From an uncultured delta proteobacterium (lineage in GTDB: Bacteria > Myxococcota_A > Polyangia > Polyangiales > B10-G4), in assembly GCA_963727445.1 (NCBI GenBank), contig CAVSGI010000011.1, positions 110,954-174,953 on the forward strand: DNA of 64,000 nt. The letters are read 5' to 3'. A program made the position numbers and the translations under genes. Below are positions 23,977 to 33,096 of this stretch, one piece after another (position 1 is the stretch's first letter; every line of letters starts with the position of its first letter). Under the pieces are notes generated by a model. That model ran no database searches and was not told the DNA's origin. It saw only the letters and a list, made by a program, of their open reading frames with translations.

Positions 23977-25626
23977 GTGGAGTCACCCCGTCAAAACGTC
24001 GTCGTCGGAGGGCGATATCGCCTCGAGGAGCGCCTCGAGTCCGGAGGGATGGGGACCATCTGGGCGGCGAAGGACGAGCGCTCGGGCTCCAAGGTCGCGG
24101 TGAAGGTGATCAACGAGGAGCTGGCGCGGGACGCGAGCCTGAGGGAGCGATTCCGGCGCGAGGCCATGGCCGCGGCCGCGCTCAACAACCCCCACATCGT
24201 CCGCACCCTCGACTTCGGCCGGGAGGAGGACGGGCGGTCGTGGATGGTCATGGAGTACGTCGAGGGGGAGACCCTCTCCGAGGCCATGAAGCGGGAAGCG
24301 CCGATCGCGCAGCGGCGCGTGGTGTTCATCGCGGCGCAGATCCTCGACGCGCTCGCGGCGACCCACGACGCCGGCATCGTTCACCGCGATCTGAAGCCGC
24401 CCAACATCCTGCTCACGGAGATCGCCGGGGTGAAGGACGCGGTGAAGCTCATGGACTTCGGCATCGCCAAGCTCATGGAGTCGGAGGCGTACCAGCGGCT
24501 CACCAAGACCGGGCAGATCGTGGGGACGCCTGCGTTCATGGCGCCCGAGCAGGCGCGTGGCGACGAGATCGACGGGCGCGCCGACCTCTATGCGCTCGGC
24601 GTCGTGATGTACAGCGCCCTCGCCAATCGCCTGCCCTACGAGCACGAGAACAACGCCGAGCTGCTGATCGCGATCCAGGAGCGCGCGCCGACGCCGCTGC
24701 CCGAGGTGGCGGTGGCCGTGCAGCCGGAGCTGTGGACCGAGGTGATCGCGCCTGCGCTCGCCAAGAATCCGGACGATCGCTTTCAGAACGCCCACGAGAT
24801 GCAGGCCGCGCTCAAACCGTTCCTCCGCGCGCGGACCGGGGACATGCAGGAGATCCGCGCGGCGGACCTCGAAGCCGCCGAGACGCAGCCGAGACCGGTG
24901 GTGCCCGCGCCGGCGGAGCTCGCGCGGACGCGCCCCAAGTCGAGCCAGAGCTCGCGGCCCGCGCCGGCGGCGCCCGCGTCGCCCTTCGCTCGCCTCTCTC
25001 TGGTCGCGGCGGTGGCGCTGATCAGCCTGGTGCTCCTGGTCGGCATGGCCGTGGGGGTCTTTCTGACACTCACCTTCCTCGTGGGCGCCGACGATGGCGG
25101 TGTGGCCAGCGATCCTTCGGGTCCCCAGGCCGTCCAGGTTCCGTCAAACACCTCCGATGGGCCCGTTGCTGCCGATCCAGCGATGAACGAGGAGCGCGTG
25201 GTCGACGCGGGCGAGGAGGCGCAGTGGGCCACCGAGGGCGACGCCGAGGCGGGCGCGTCGATGCGCAGACGGCATCACCACATGGCGTCGATGGGCGCGA
25301 GCGATGACCGCACCTGTCAGGCGAACGTGGTGCTCGCGGCGGCGCAGTCCACCGGCTACCCGAGAGACGTGGCGCGCGCTGCCGCGCGCCCGCACGTGAC
25401 GCGCGCCGCGCGATGTCTGCACGGGCGCCACCCGCGACAGGTGATGGTCACCCTCGACGTCGACGTCCGCGGCAACATCCTGTCGGCCACCGTCGGGGGT
25501 CCGCACACCGAGAGCGAGGCGAGCTGCATCGAGAGCATCTTCGCGCATACGCGGTTGCCGGCGAGGCCGCAGGTGCCGGGGCCGCTTGTGTTGACGCTGG
25601 CCGCGGCGGGGTGCGTGGGGGACTGA
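23977..25626 (+). CDS. Ser/Thr protein kinase with TM helix and C-terminal extracellular domain
   Basis: SGGMGTIW, VAVK, HRDLKPPN, DFG, GTPAFMAPE; TM LVAAVALISLVLLVGMAVGVFL. Confidence 0.93.
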   Translation: MESPRQNVVVGGRYRLEERLESGGMGTIWAAKDERSGSKVAVKVINEELARDASLRERFRREAMAAAALNNPHIVRTLDFGREEDGRSWMVMEYVEGETLSEAMKREAPIAQRRVVFIAAQILDALAATHDAGIVHRDLKPPNILLTEIAGVKDAVKLMDFGIAKLMESEAYQRLTKTGQIVGTPAFMAPEQARGDEIDGRADLYALGVVMYSALANRLPYEHENNAELLIAIQERAPTPLPEVAVAVQPELWTEVIAPALAKNPDDRFQNAHEMQAALKPFLRARTGDMQEIRAADLEAAETQPRPVVPAPAELARTRPKSSQSSRPAPAAPASPFARLSLVAAVALISLVLLVGMAVGVFLTLTFLVGADDGGVASDPSGPQAVQVPSNTSDGPVAADPAMNEERVVDAGEEAQWATEGDAEAGASMRRRHHHMASMGASDDRTCQANVVLAAAQSTGYPRDVARAAARPHVTRAARCLHGRHPRQVMVTLDVDVRGNILSATVGGPHTESEASCIESIFAHTRLPARPQVPGPLVLTLAAAGCVGD

Positions 25627-25637
25627 GCGGGCGGAGC

Positions 25638-25727
25638 GCGTTCGCGTTCGCGTTGGCGTTTACGTTTGCGTTTGCGTTCGCGTTGGCGTTCGCGTTTACG
25701 TTTACGTTTGCGTTTGCGTTTACGTTC
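25638..25727. repeat. Tandem degenerate hexamer repeat, 15 x RCGTTB
   Basis: Units read directly (GCGTTC, GCGTTG, GCGTTT, ACGTTT, ACGTTC) in an uninterrupted 6-nt period. Confidence 0.95.
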
Positions 25728-25778
25728 GCAAGTCGGCTCTTCTTCGCTTCGCTCGAACTCGCCTGCGAGTGGGCGGGG

Positions 25779-25930
25779 GCTCCTTTGCTCGGGTGACGCC
25801 GAGGGTGCCGCCGTGCTCGGCCGCGTCAAGGCTCGGCCCCCCAGGGGGGCCGCCCGCGCTTCGCGCGGCTGAAGGCCTTGACCCGGCCTGCGCGCGGCGG
25901 CGGGGGGCGGCTTTTCGCGAGCAAAGGAGC
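25779..25930 (+). promoter_or_regulatory. Nested inverted-repeat leader (structured RNA or ssDNA element) covering the SD of the downstream gene
   Basis: GCTCCTTTGCTCG (25779-91) pairs with CGAGCAAAGGAGC (25918-30); GCCGCCG/CGGCGGC; GGCCG-c-GTCAAGGC / GCCTTGAC-c-CGGCC; two apical hairpins at 25835-51 and 25854-68. Confidence 0.7.
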
Positions 25931-25936
25931 TCAACC

Positions 25937-26265
25937 ATGAAAGACTTCAAGTGCTATCAACTCTCTTTGGATGCTGTGCGGCTGGTGCGGCCTCTGATCG
26001 AGCGCATCGAGAGGCATGACCGAGACCTGGGGCGTCAGCTGAGGCGGTGTTTGACAAGCGTGCCGCTGAACGTCGCGGAGGGCAGCCGGTCGGCGGGGAG
26101 GAATCGGGGGGCTCGCTATGCGCGAACGCCATGGGCTCAGCCCGAGAGGCGATCGCGTGTCTCGAGACCGCCCAGGCCCTCGGCTATCTGGGAGCTGACG
26201 AGCTACCCGTGGCGATCGACGAGCTCCACCACGTCGTCGCTATCCTCTTCAACCTCTGCCGTTGA
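25937..26265 (+). CDS. Four-helix-bundle protein (23S rRNA IVS protein / Avd-like family), one apparent frameshift near 26120
   Basis: MKDFKCYQLS...DLGRQLRRCLTSVPLNVAEG then, after a shift, NAMGSAREAIACLETAQALGYL; SD AAGGAG 7 nt upstream. Confidence 0.85.
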
Positions 26266-26275
26266 CTGACGGTGT

Positions 26276-26305
26276 CCGGACCTGGAGGCGCGTCTCCAGG
26301 TCCGG
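26276..26305. terminator. GC-rich hairpin between convergent genes
   Basis: CCGGACCTGGAG-gcgcgt-CTCCAGGTCCGG, perfect 12-bp arms; no U-tract. Confidence 0.55.
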
Positions 26306-26317
26306 TTGTCGTTCTGC

Positions 26318-26881
26318 TCACCAGCCCGAGGTTCCGCTGTTGCCCTTGAAGGGGCCGACGAGCTCGGGGGTGATCCAGCCGCCGTAGAAATCGCCGGGCT
26401 GGGCGAGGACGCGGTGGTCGTCCACGTAGCAGGCGAAGAGGGCGGGGTAGAAGCTGAGGTACCCGGCCAGCGACGCGAAGTCGGCGAAAGGTTTCTCGTA
26501 GGACCAGGCGCCTTTCGCGACGCGCTGGCCGCCGGCCTCGACGTCCCAGTAGGTCGCCGTGCCCTTCCACTCGCAACGCGAAGAGCCTTGGGCGCGGTGG
26601 AAGTGCTCCATGCGCACGTCAGCTCTGGGGACGTAGAAGGTCGGCGGGTGCGAGGTCTCGAGCACGCGAACGGCGTTCCCGCTTTGGGCGATGACCACGC
26701 CCCCGAGCTCCACCCGCACCTCGCGTTCGTCGGCGACGAGCGCCGGCGGGCGCGGATAGTCCCAGACCGACTCCTGTCCCGGGCCCGGTGCGACGGCGAA
26801 GCTGGGTCGGGACGCGCCTACGTGCGTCCACTTTCTTCGCGCCAGCTCCGCCCACGTCGGAAGCTCTTCCCTCGTCGTCAT
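26318..26881 (-). CDS. DUF427 domain protein
   Basis: ESVWDYPRPP, VLETSHPPTFY, CEWKG, FYGGWIT motifs. Confidence 0.9.
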   Translation of the reverse strand: MTTREELPTWAELARRKWTHVGASRPSFAVAPGPGQESVWDYPRPPALVADEREVRVELGGVVIAQSGNAVRVLETSHPPTFYVPRADVRMEHFHRAQGSSRCEWKGTATYWDVEAGGQRVAKGAWSYEKPFADFASLAGYLSFYPALFACYVDDHRVLAQPGDFYGGWITPELVGPFKGNSGTSGW

Positions 26882-26918
26882 TCCGTGTCTCTGTGGACGG
26901 CCGACCGCGATGTAAAGC

Positions 26919-27374
26919 TCAGGCCTCGGACGCCTCACACGCCTGCCGCGTCACGCGGTGGCGGTATTCGAAGAGCCGCTGCAGCTGTCGCTCCGCGATG
27001 GGCTTGCCGAAGATCCGCCCGAGCACGCCCATGGGGAGCTCGTACTCGATGTCGTCTCGGAGCGCGCAGGTGTCTTCGTCGATGGGCGTCACGATGTGCC
27101 GATGCTCCCACGCGGCGAAGGGGCCTTCGATCAAGCGGTCGGCGAACATCCTGCCCGGCTCGTAGGCGACGTGCTCCGCGACCATCCGTTGCCAGAAGGG
27201 TCCGACCTTCACGCGGAGGATCACTGTCGTGCCGACCGCGAGTGACGACGGTGGCTGAATGATCTCCGTCTTCTGCCAGGGAGGCTGCAAACGCTCGAAG
27301 GCGTCGGGCGTCTCGTGAAAGGCGAAGACCCTCTCGGCGCTGGCGTGGATGGTGCTTTCCTTCACGAATCTCAT
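26919..27374 (-). CDS. SRPBCC family protein
   Basis: VFAFHE..AFERLQPPW, GPFAAWEHRH, FEYRH motifs. Confidence 0.85.
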   Translation of the reverse strand: MRFVKESTIHASAERVFAFHETPDAFERLQPPWQKTEIIQPPSSLAVGTTVILRVKVGPFWQRMVAEHVAYEPGRMFADRLIEGPFAAWEHRHIVTPIDEDTCALRDDIEYELPMGVLGRIFGKPIAERQLQRLFEYRHRVTRQACEASEA

Positions 27375-27401
27375 GTGGTGTGGTCCATGGGTCGTCGCCT
27401 C

Positions 27402-28667
27402 TCAGCCGCCGCACGGAGCGCCGAAGAGGACGGCGAGGTTCTGGCCGGCGGGGTTGGCTGCGACGATGTCCGGGCGACCGTCCGCGTCGAGGTCGCCGAC
27501 CGCGGACTTCGCGAGGTTGAAGAGCGAGCCTCCGCTTCCCGATTGGTCGAGGGGGATCTCCGCCGCGAGCTCGAAGAGGGCGGTGGGTGTGCCGCGTAGG
27601 ATCGACAGCATGCCGCCATCGGCATGGGAGACGACGAGATCGAGACGCCCGTCGCTGTCGAGATCGGCGGCGGTGAGCCAGATGGGCCTGGGCACGACCG
27701 GGAAGTCGTGCATGACGAAGCTCGTGCCCGTGCCGTCGTTGAGCATGATCTGGACGCGCTGATCCCCGCGGGACGCAGCGGCCACGTCGATGTCGCCGTC
27801 CTGGTCGAAATCGCCGGTCGCCAACCCGATCGTCTCCGCTCCGAGCGGGTAGGTCGCGTTGCTCCAGCGGCCGCCGCCCGAATCCTGAAGCAGCACGTTC
27901 AAATTCGAGGCGCTGCTGCCCCAATCCGTGGCGACGATGTCGGGACGCCCGTCCCCGTTCAGGTCAGCGACCTCGACCGAGTAGTAGTTCTCGAAGTCGA
28001 TCAGCGTGATCGGCGCGGCGAAGGTTCCGTCGCCGGCGCCGTAGAGCACGCGTATCTGGTTGTCCTCGCCGCCGACCACGAGGTCCGGATCACCGTCGCC
28101 GTCGAGGTCGGCCACGTCGAAGGTGACGGGCGTGCTCGGGCCGAGGACGTCCACCGCGGCGTCGAGCGTTCCGTCGCCGCGGCCGTGGAAAGTCTGAAGA
28201 CGGTCGTTCCACGACGCCGCGACCACGTCGAGGACGCCATCGCCGTCGATCTCCACGATCGCGACCTCTACCGCGTCCCAGTTCATGGGATAGGTCACAG
28301 GCGCCGCGAGAGTTCCGTCCCCCCCGTTCAGGTGCACCGCGATCAGACCGTTCCCGTCCTCGCCCATGACCACGTCGAGGTCCCCATCCCCGTCGAGGTC
28401 CCCGACCGCAACCGAGACGGGGTCGGGCTCCATGCACCGCGCGGAGGCGACGCACGGCACGAGATCCACGCGGGGGGCGAAGCAGATGCTCGCGGGGGTC
28501 AGACCCGAGTCGACGGCGGCGTCCAACATCCCGCCATCGCCCGCCGCAGCATCGGACGTGCCCGCCCCGGTGTCGCCGACCGCGCCATCGGACGCCGCAT
28601 CATCGAATCCGATACGACCACAGCCCAGCGCCGTGCTCAGGCTCAAAGACAACGCCAGCCAGCGCAT
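27402..28667 (-). CDS. FG-GAP/VCBS repeat lipoprotein
   Basis: MRWLALSLSLSTALGC lipobox; about seven GDLDGDGDLD-type repeats. Confidence 0.88.
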   Translation of the reverse strand: MRWLALSLSLSTALGCGRIGFDDAASDGAVGDTGAGTSDAAAGDGGMLDAAVDSGLTPASICFAPRVDLVPCVASARCMEPDPVSVAVGDLDGDGDLDVVMGEDGNGLIAVHLNGGDGTLAAPVTYPMNWDAVEVAIVEIDGDGVLDVVAASWNDRLQTFHGRGDGTLDAAVDVLGPSTPVTFDVADLDGDGDPDLVVGGEDNQIRVLYGAGDGTFAAPITLIDFENYYSVEVADLNGDGRPDIVATDWGSSASNLNVLLQDSGGGRWSNATYPLGAETIGLATGDFDQDGDIDVAAASRGDQRVQIMLNDGTGTSFVMHDFPVVPRPIWLTAADLDSDGRLDLVVSHADGGMLSILRGTPTALFELAAEIPLDQSGSGGSLFNLAKSAVGDLDADGRPDIVAANPAGQNLAVLFGAPCGG

Positions 28668-28835
28668 GACCCTAGGGTAGCAGTCATCAGCTGAGCGCTC
28701 GTCGGGATCTTCGTGCCGTAGTCGCACGCCGAGCTGGACTTGGGCTCGTGTTCGGCAGCCGCACGAAGCGCATGCGTGTCGGCGCTCGGGATCCACCCCG
28801 GATCGTGAGCACGGCGTTTGCGCTACCATCGATGC

Positions 28836-29726
28836 ATGCTGTTCCGGCTTCTGCTCGTCGTCCTGACCTTCACAGGCTGTTCCCTCGACAGCTCAGCCAT
28901 CAGCGGCGGCCATGGCGAACCGGACGCGACCGGCGCGGACGCCAGCCCGGCCGACGCCCCTGCGGTGGACGCTCCGGCCGGCGATTCATCGACGCCCCCC
29001 AGAGACTCCTCTGTCCTCGACGGCGCTCCGCCGGACACCGGCCCGTCCGACACCGGTCCCTCCGACTCCTCCGTCTCCCCCGACGCCGCCCCTGGGTGCA
29101 CGACGCACACGATCGACGCCTGCAGCACGTCGCACCCGGACATCATGAGCTGCGAGCGGCTGTATGATGGCCTCGAGCTCGTGCCCGCGTGCCCAACCCT
29201 GTCGAGGGTGAGCCTCGACTGTCGCGCCGGGACGGCGTCGTACTGCGACACCTCCACCAGCTGCCCGGACGGAGATGGGTGCGTCGAGAACGTGTGGATT
29301 CGGTTCGACCTCGGCGCCGCGGTGCCCGTGAGTCAGGTTCGCTTCATGGCGGGCTGGTGGGCGGATCGGCCGGACCTCTTCGAGATCTGGTACTCGGACT
29401 CGCCCAGCGACGTGCCGGACTCTGGCGCGACCCTCGCCTACGGCGGCTCGTCAGCCCATCACCCCTGGGCTTGCGCGATGGGCGAGCCCTGCACTGCGGA
29501 AGTGCCCGATGGCTGCTGTCCCGATGGACGCGACATGCCGCAGGTCACCGAGCAGTCCTCGTACACACCGTCCTGCGACCTCGGCGATCACTTCCCGAAG
29601 CTCGACATCGCCGACTTCCCGACCGCCGTCGGCCGCTATTGGTACATGATGGTGCGAAACGGCGCGTACGCCGATCGCATCTGGCTGTACGAGTTTCAGC
29701 TTCGGGACGGCGCGATGTGCCGGTGA
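28836..29726 (+). CDS. Lipoprotein with Asp/Pro-rich linker and discoidin-like C-terminal domain
   Basis: LTFTGC lipobox; VWIRFDLG..VPVSQVR and GRYWYM..LYEFQL pattern. Confidence 0.65.
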   Translation: MLFRLLLVVLTFTGCSLDSSAISGGHGEPDATGADASPADAPAVDAPAGDSSTPPRDSSVLDGAPPDTGPSDTGPSDSSVSPDAAPGCTTHTIDACSTSHPDIMSCERLYDGLELVPACPTLSRVSLDCRAGTASYCDTSTSCPDGDGCVENVWIRFDLGAAVPVSQVRFMAGWWADRPDLFEIWYSDSPSDVPDSGATLAYGGSSAHHPWACAMGEPCTAEVPDGCCPDGRDMPQVTEQSSYTPSCDLGDHFPKLDIADFPTAVGRYWYMMVRNGAYADRIWLYEFQLRDGAMCR

Positions 29727-31273
29727 TACGCGACACAGTGCGGGGGCCTCGCTCCCACGCAGCGCCGGGTGCGCGCATCCTCGAGCCATTGGTCGTGATC
29801 GCGTGGGGCGCCCTCTTGTCCGTGTCCTGCGGTGGCACCCAGAGCGCGATGCCCCACGATCGCGCAGAGCCCATCCCGGCCGAGCACGTGACGAGCCAAT
29901 GCGAGGTGACCGTCGAGCTCGGCGAGTCGTCGCATTCGTTCGTCGCCTACGGGTCCGACCTCGATGCGGCTCGCCATCGGGCCACGGTGCTCGGCGATGC
30001 GGTGTCGGAGACGCTCCGATTCGGGGAAGAGGTCGCGCCACGAATCTCGCTCTTGCTCGCCAACGGCGGAGACGAGCTCGCGACCCCCGCTGCTTCGCCC
30101 GCGCCCATCGCCTACGAGGTCGGGCGGTGCCAGACCGTCGAGCTCGCGAGCGCCGAGCAGCCGGTCTCGGCGCGGTGGCGCGCGAGCCTCCCCGACGCCG
30201 ACGCCGCTGCGGAGGGTGACGCCGTCGCGTGGTCGGCCGCCGAGGCGCTCGAGATCGCCCGACGCCGCGCATGCTTCAGCGCGGCGGCCCGCTACGCGAC
30301 GGGCGTTCTCTCGGCCGCCGCATCCGCGCCGCCGGAGCTCAGAGTGCAGGCGGTCGCGTCGGGCATGAAGGAGGCCGGGGAGTGGCTGCTCTTCTGCATG
30401 GGCGAAGGCGAGGTCACCTTCGGGGCCGCGCCCTCGAACACCGTCGCGCCCCCGGACACCTGGGAGCTGGTGCGGTGCGAAGCGACCGTCGACGGCTTGC
30501 CCGAGGTGAACGGACCGACCGTCGGGGTGGGGCTCGGGTGGAGTGTGTCTCGCGCGCTCGAAGACGCTCGCGTCGCGCTCATCGTCGACGTCTATCGCGC
30601 GGTGGACGTGGCGTTCGGCGAGGCGGTCGGGCAGGCCGAGCCGGCAGCCCAGTCGTACACCTTCGCATCGAGCCTCGAGCGGGCCCTTCGGACGGAAGAG
30701 CTGGCACCGCTCCTCGAAGAACGAGGGGTCCGCTGCGAACGATGGGAGACCGAAGGCCAGCAGACCACGTTCACCCTGCCGCCCGAGTGCTCCTTCGCGA
30801 GCGCTGGCACGCGCACGAGCCCGCTCTCGGTGGACGATGCCTTCGCGCCGTGCGTCGCCGTGCGCGAAGCGGGCCGCGCCGCCACGAACGAAGCGCTCGA
30901 GGCCGCCGAGTCGGCCGTTCGGCCGAGGATGCGCGTCGTCGGCGAGGCAGAGACGGCCGCGTGCGAGCGGGCGTGCCGACAGAGTCTGACGTTGGCGCAC
31001 GGGAGACACGAGCCGATCGCACACCCCGAACCGGGGGACGCCGACTGCTCCACCGAGGATCGCGCTCGAGCCGCGTTCCACGCGGGCCAGCGGGACCGTG
31101 ACATGGCGCTGGCGCTCGCCTGCCTCGACGAGAGCATCGTGAACGAGCTGCTCCGAGAGCTGACCCCGCTGACCAAGGAGCGCCTCTTCGATTGGCTCGG
31201 GCGCCTCGACGACATGTCGCTCGAAGCGCGTCCCGACCGCCACGGCGGGTTCCGGCTCGACGTCGTGAGGTGA
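29723..31273 (+). CDS. Hypothetical lipoprotein (start approximate)
   Basis: GTG at 29723 overlaps the previous stop (GTGA); VVIAWGALLSVSC lipobox-like; Ala/Glu-rich body. Confidence 0.6.
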   Translation: MIRDTVRGPRSHAAPGARILEPLVVIAWGALLSVSCGGTQSAMPHDRAEPIPAEHVTSQCEVTVELGESSHSFVAYGSDLDAARHRATVLGDAVSETLRFGEEVAPRISLLLANGGDELATPAASPAPIAYEVGRCQTVELASAEQPVSARWRASLPDADAAAEGDAVAWSAAEALEIARRRACFSAAARYATGVLSAAASAPPELRVQAVASGMKEAGEWLLFCMGEGEVTFGAAPSNTVAPPDTWELVRCEATVDGLPEVNGPTVGVGLGWSVSRALEDARVALIVDVYRAVDVAFGEAVGQAEPAAQSYTFASSLERALRTEELAPLLEERGVRCERWETEGQQTTFTLPPECSFASAGTRTSPLSVDDAFAPCVAVREAGRAATNEALEAAESAVRPRMRVVGEAETAACERACRQSLTLAHGRHEPIAHPEPGDADCSTEDRARAAFHAGQRDRDMALALACLDESIVNELLRELTPLTKERLFDWLGRLDDMSLEARPDRHGGFRLDVVR

Positions 31274-31300
31274 CCTACGCGCCTCGAGAGCGAGGCCGGC

Positions 31301-32182
31301 TCAGTGCGTTCGAAAGTGCATCTGGTAGCGGCCGGGGCTCGCGGCTTCATAGCCCTCGATGCGCGGGTGGGCGGCGGCCTGCTCCCTCGCGCACCGCCGC
31401 ATGTAGGTCCTGTGCTCGCTTTCGAAAGCCCCGTCCATGGCGGTGATGCGGCCGTCCGGCGCGACCTCGACCGCGAGGTGGCCGGACACATCGGTGGGCT
31501 GGTCGAGGGCGTCGACGCACGTGGTGACGAAACCCGAAAGATGCGCGAAGACGCGCGCCGCGAGCGTGTCGGTGGCGGCCTCGGGATCGGCGAGCGGCGC
31601 ATGGGGCTCGGTCAGGCGACGCCAGGGGCCGACTTGCATGAGGTGAGGGCCGCGGACGTAGGCGACCTCGTCCGACTCCGGCCAGAGGAAGACGCCCTGT
31701 TCGGCGTCGAAGCGGGCGACGGCGAGCCACTCGGAGCCGCTCTGCTCGTCCGAGTCGAAGCGAAGAAACGAAGGGACGCGGATGAAGAGCACGTCATCTC
31801 GCCACTCGCTCTCGAGGCGGAAGACCCGCTGAGAATTGTCCACAGCGAGCGTCGGATCTTCGAAGGGCGTTCGGCTCACCGCTACCAGGCTCAGGTAGCG
31901 TCCGTCGTAGACGAACGCCTCGTAGCCGCGAGGTTGATGCGGCCCGGGGCTCTCGGGATCGCACTGTCGAATCCACTGCCCCACCGCCTCTGGAACGATG
32001 GAATCGGGGAGAGCCTCGACGTTCGCGGGCGCGCCCTCGTCGAAGGAGGGGCATCCGTTCATCGAGATCTCCTCGAGCTCGATGCGCCTCGGCGTGCGCT
32101 CCTGCGGTCGGGCGTTCTGCTCTGCGCCCCCACAAGCGGCGACGACGAGCAGCGCGACGGCGGTGATCTCGGCGCGCCTCAC
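31301..32182 (-). CDS. Hypothetical lipoprotein
   Basis: MRRAEITAVALLVVAAC lipobox. Confidence 0.65.
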   Translation of the reverse strand: MRRAEITAVALLVVAACGGAEQNARPQERTPRRIELEEISMNGCPSFDEGAPANVEALPDSIVPEAVGQWIRQCDPESPGPHQPRGYEAFVYDGRYLSLVAVSRTPFEDPTLAVDNSQRVFRLESEWRDDVLFIRVPSFLRFDSDEQSGSEWLAVARFDAEQGVFLWPESDEVAYVRGPHLMQVGPWRRLTEPHAPLADPEAATDTLAARVFAHLSGFVTTCVDALDQPTDVSGHLAVEVAPDGRITAMDGAFESEHRTYMRRCAREQAAAHPRIEGYEAASPGRYQMHFRTH

Positions 32183-32355
32183 CCCGCCCCTTTTCAGCCT
32201 CTGTCGTCGCGAGACGTCACTGGGCTCGACTATGCTCGATCACCGACCAGCGCACCACCCGGGTTTTCCGACCGTCCGCGTGAGGACGGTTCTGCCGGGC
32301 CGGGGCGGTCGACGAAAGGAGCGACATGCGGGGCGAGCTGTGGAACCATCCGTCC

Positions 32356-33096
32356 ATGCTTCCGACGCTCGCACGTCTCGTGCTCCCGGCGCTGGCTCTC
32401 GCGGTCGTGCCCGTCGGCGCGGCGCACGCGCAGTCCGCCGAGGCCGAGGGCGATGCGAACGACGATGCGATGATCGAGCAGGATCAGAACGACGCCGAAG
32501 CCCACGTCCTGTTCAATCACGGGCGCGTCGCGATGGCGGAGGGGCGGTTCGAAGAGGCGCTCCAGTTCTTCGAGCGCTCCTACGCTCTGAGCGGCCGCCC
32601 CGAGCTCCTCTACAACATCGGGATGGTCCACGACCGTCTGCGGCACGATGAGGAGGCGATCTCCTCCTTTCGCCGGTTCCTCCAGGAGGCGCCGGACGTG
32701 CAGAACCGCGCCGAGGTCGAGCGGCGCATCGCCGTGCTGCAGGACGCGGTTCAGTCGGGTGACGCCGAGGGCGAGGGCGAGGAGGAAGGCATCGACCTGG
32801 GTGGGCTCATCCTCTCGAGCGCGGGGGGCGCCGTCCTCGTCGCGGGTGTGGTGATGGTGGCGATCGCGGCGGCGGACGTCTCGAGCGTCGAAAACGCAGC
32901 CGACGGAAGCTCGTGGTCGTCGGTGAGCGGCGCTTACGACCGCTCCCAGCCCCTCTCCATCGCGGGTATCGCGGCGATTGCCGCTGGTGCGATCGCTGCT
33001 GGCATCGGCGTGGTGCTTCTGCTCACCCGAGGCAGGGGATCGGAGACCGCCGTATCCATCGGACCGGGCGGCGTCTCGCTCAGGGGGCGGTTCTGA
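32356..33096 (+). CDS. TPR membrane protein with C-terminal hydrophobic hairpin
   Basis: Signal peptide; AHVLFNHGR...FERSYALSGRPELLYNIG TPR; two TM helices; ends GVSLRGRF. Confidence 0.82.
   Translation: MLPTLARLVLPALALAVVPVGAAHAQSAEAEGDANDDAMIEQDQNDAEAHVLFNHGRVAMAEGRFEEALQFFERSYALSGRPELLYNIGMVHDRLRHDEEAISSFRRFLQEAPDVQNRAEVERRIAVLQDAVQSGDAEGEGEEEGIDLGGLILSSAGGAVLVAGVVMVAIAAADVSSVENAADGSSWSSVSGAYDRSQPLSIAGIAAIAAGAIAAGIGVVLLLTRGRGSETAVSIGPGGVSLRGRF

Noticed and set aside
25356..25950. ORFs with KRKRKR, AFAFAF or RLRLRL tracts
   Set aside because: These are translations of the hexamer repeat, not supported proteins.
25638..26305. Diversity-generating retroelement or CRISPR array
   Set aside because: An Avd-like protein is present, but no reverse transcriptase, no TR/VR pair with adenine-specific mismatches and no repeat-spacer structure was seen.
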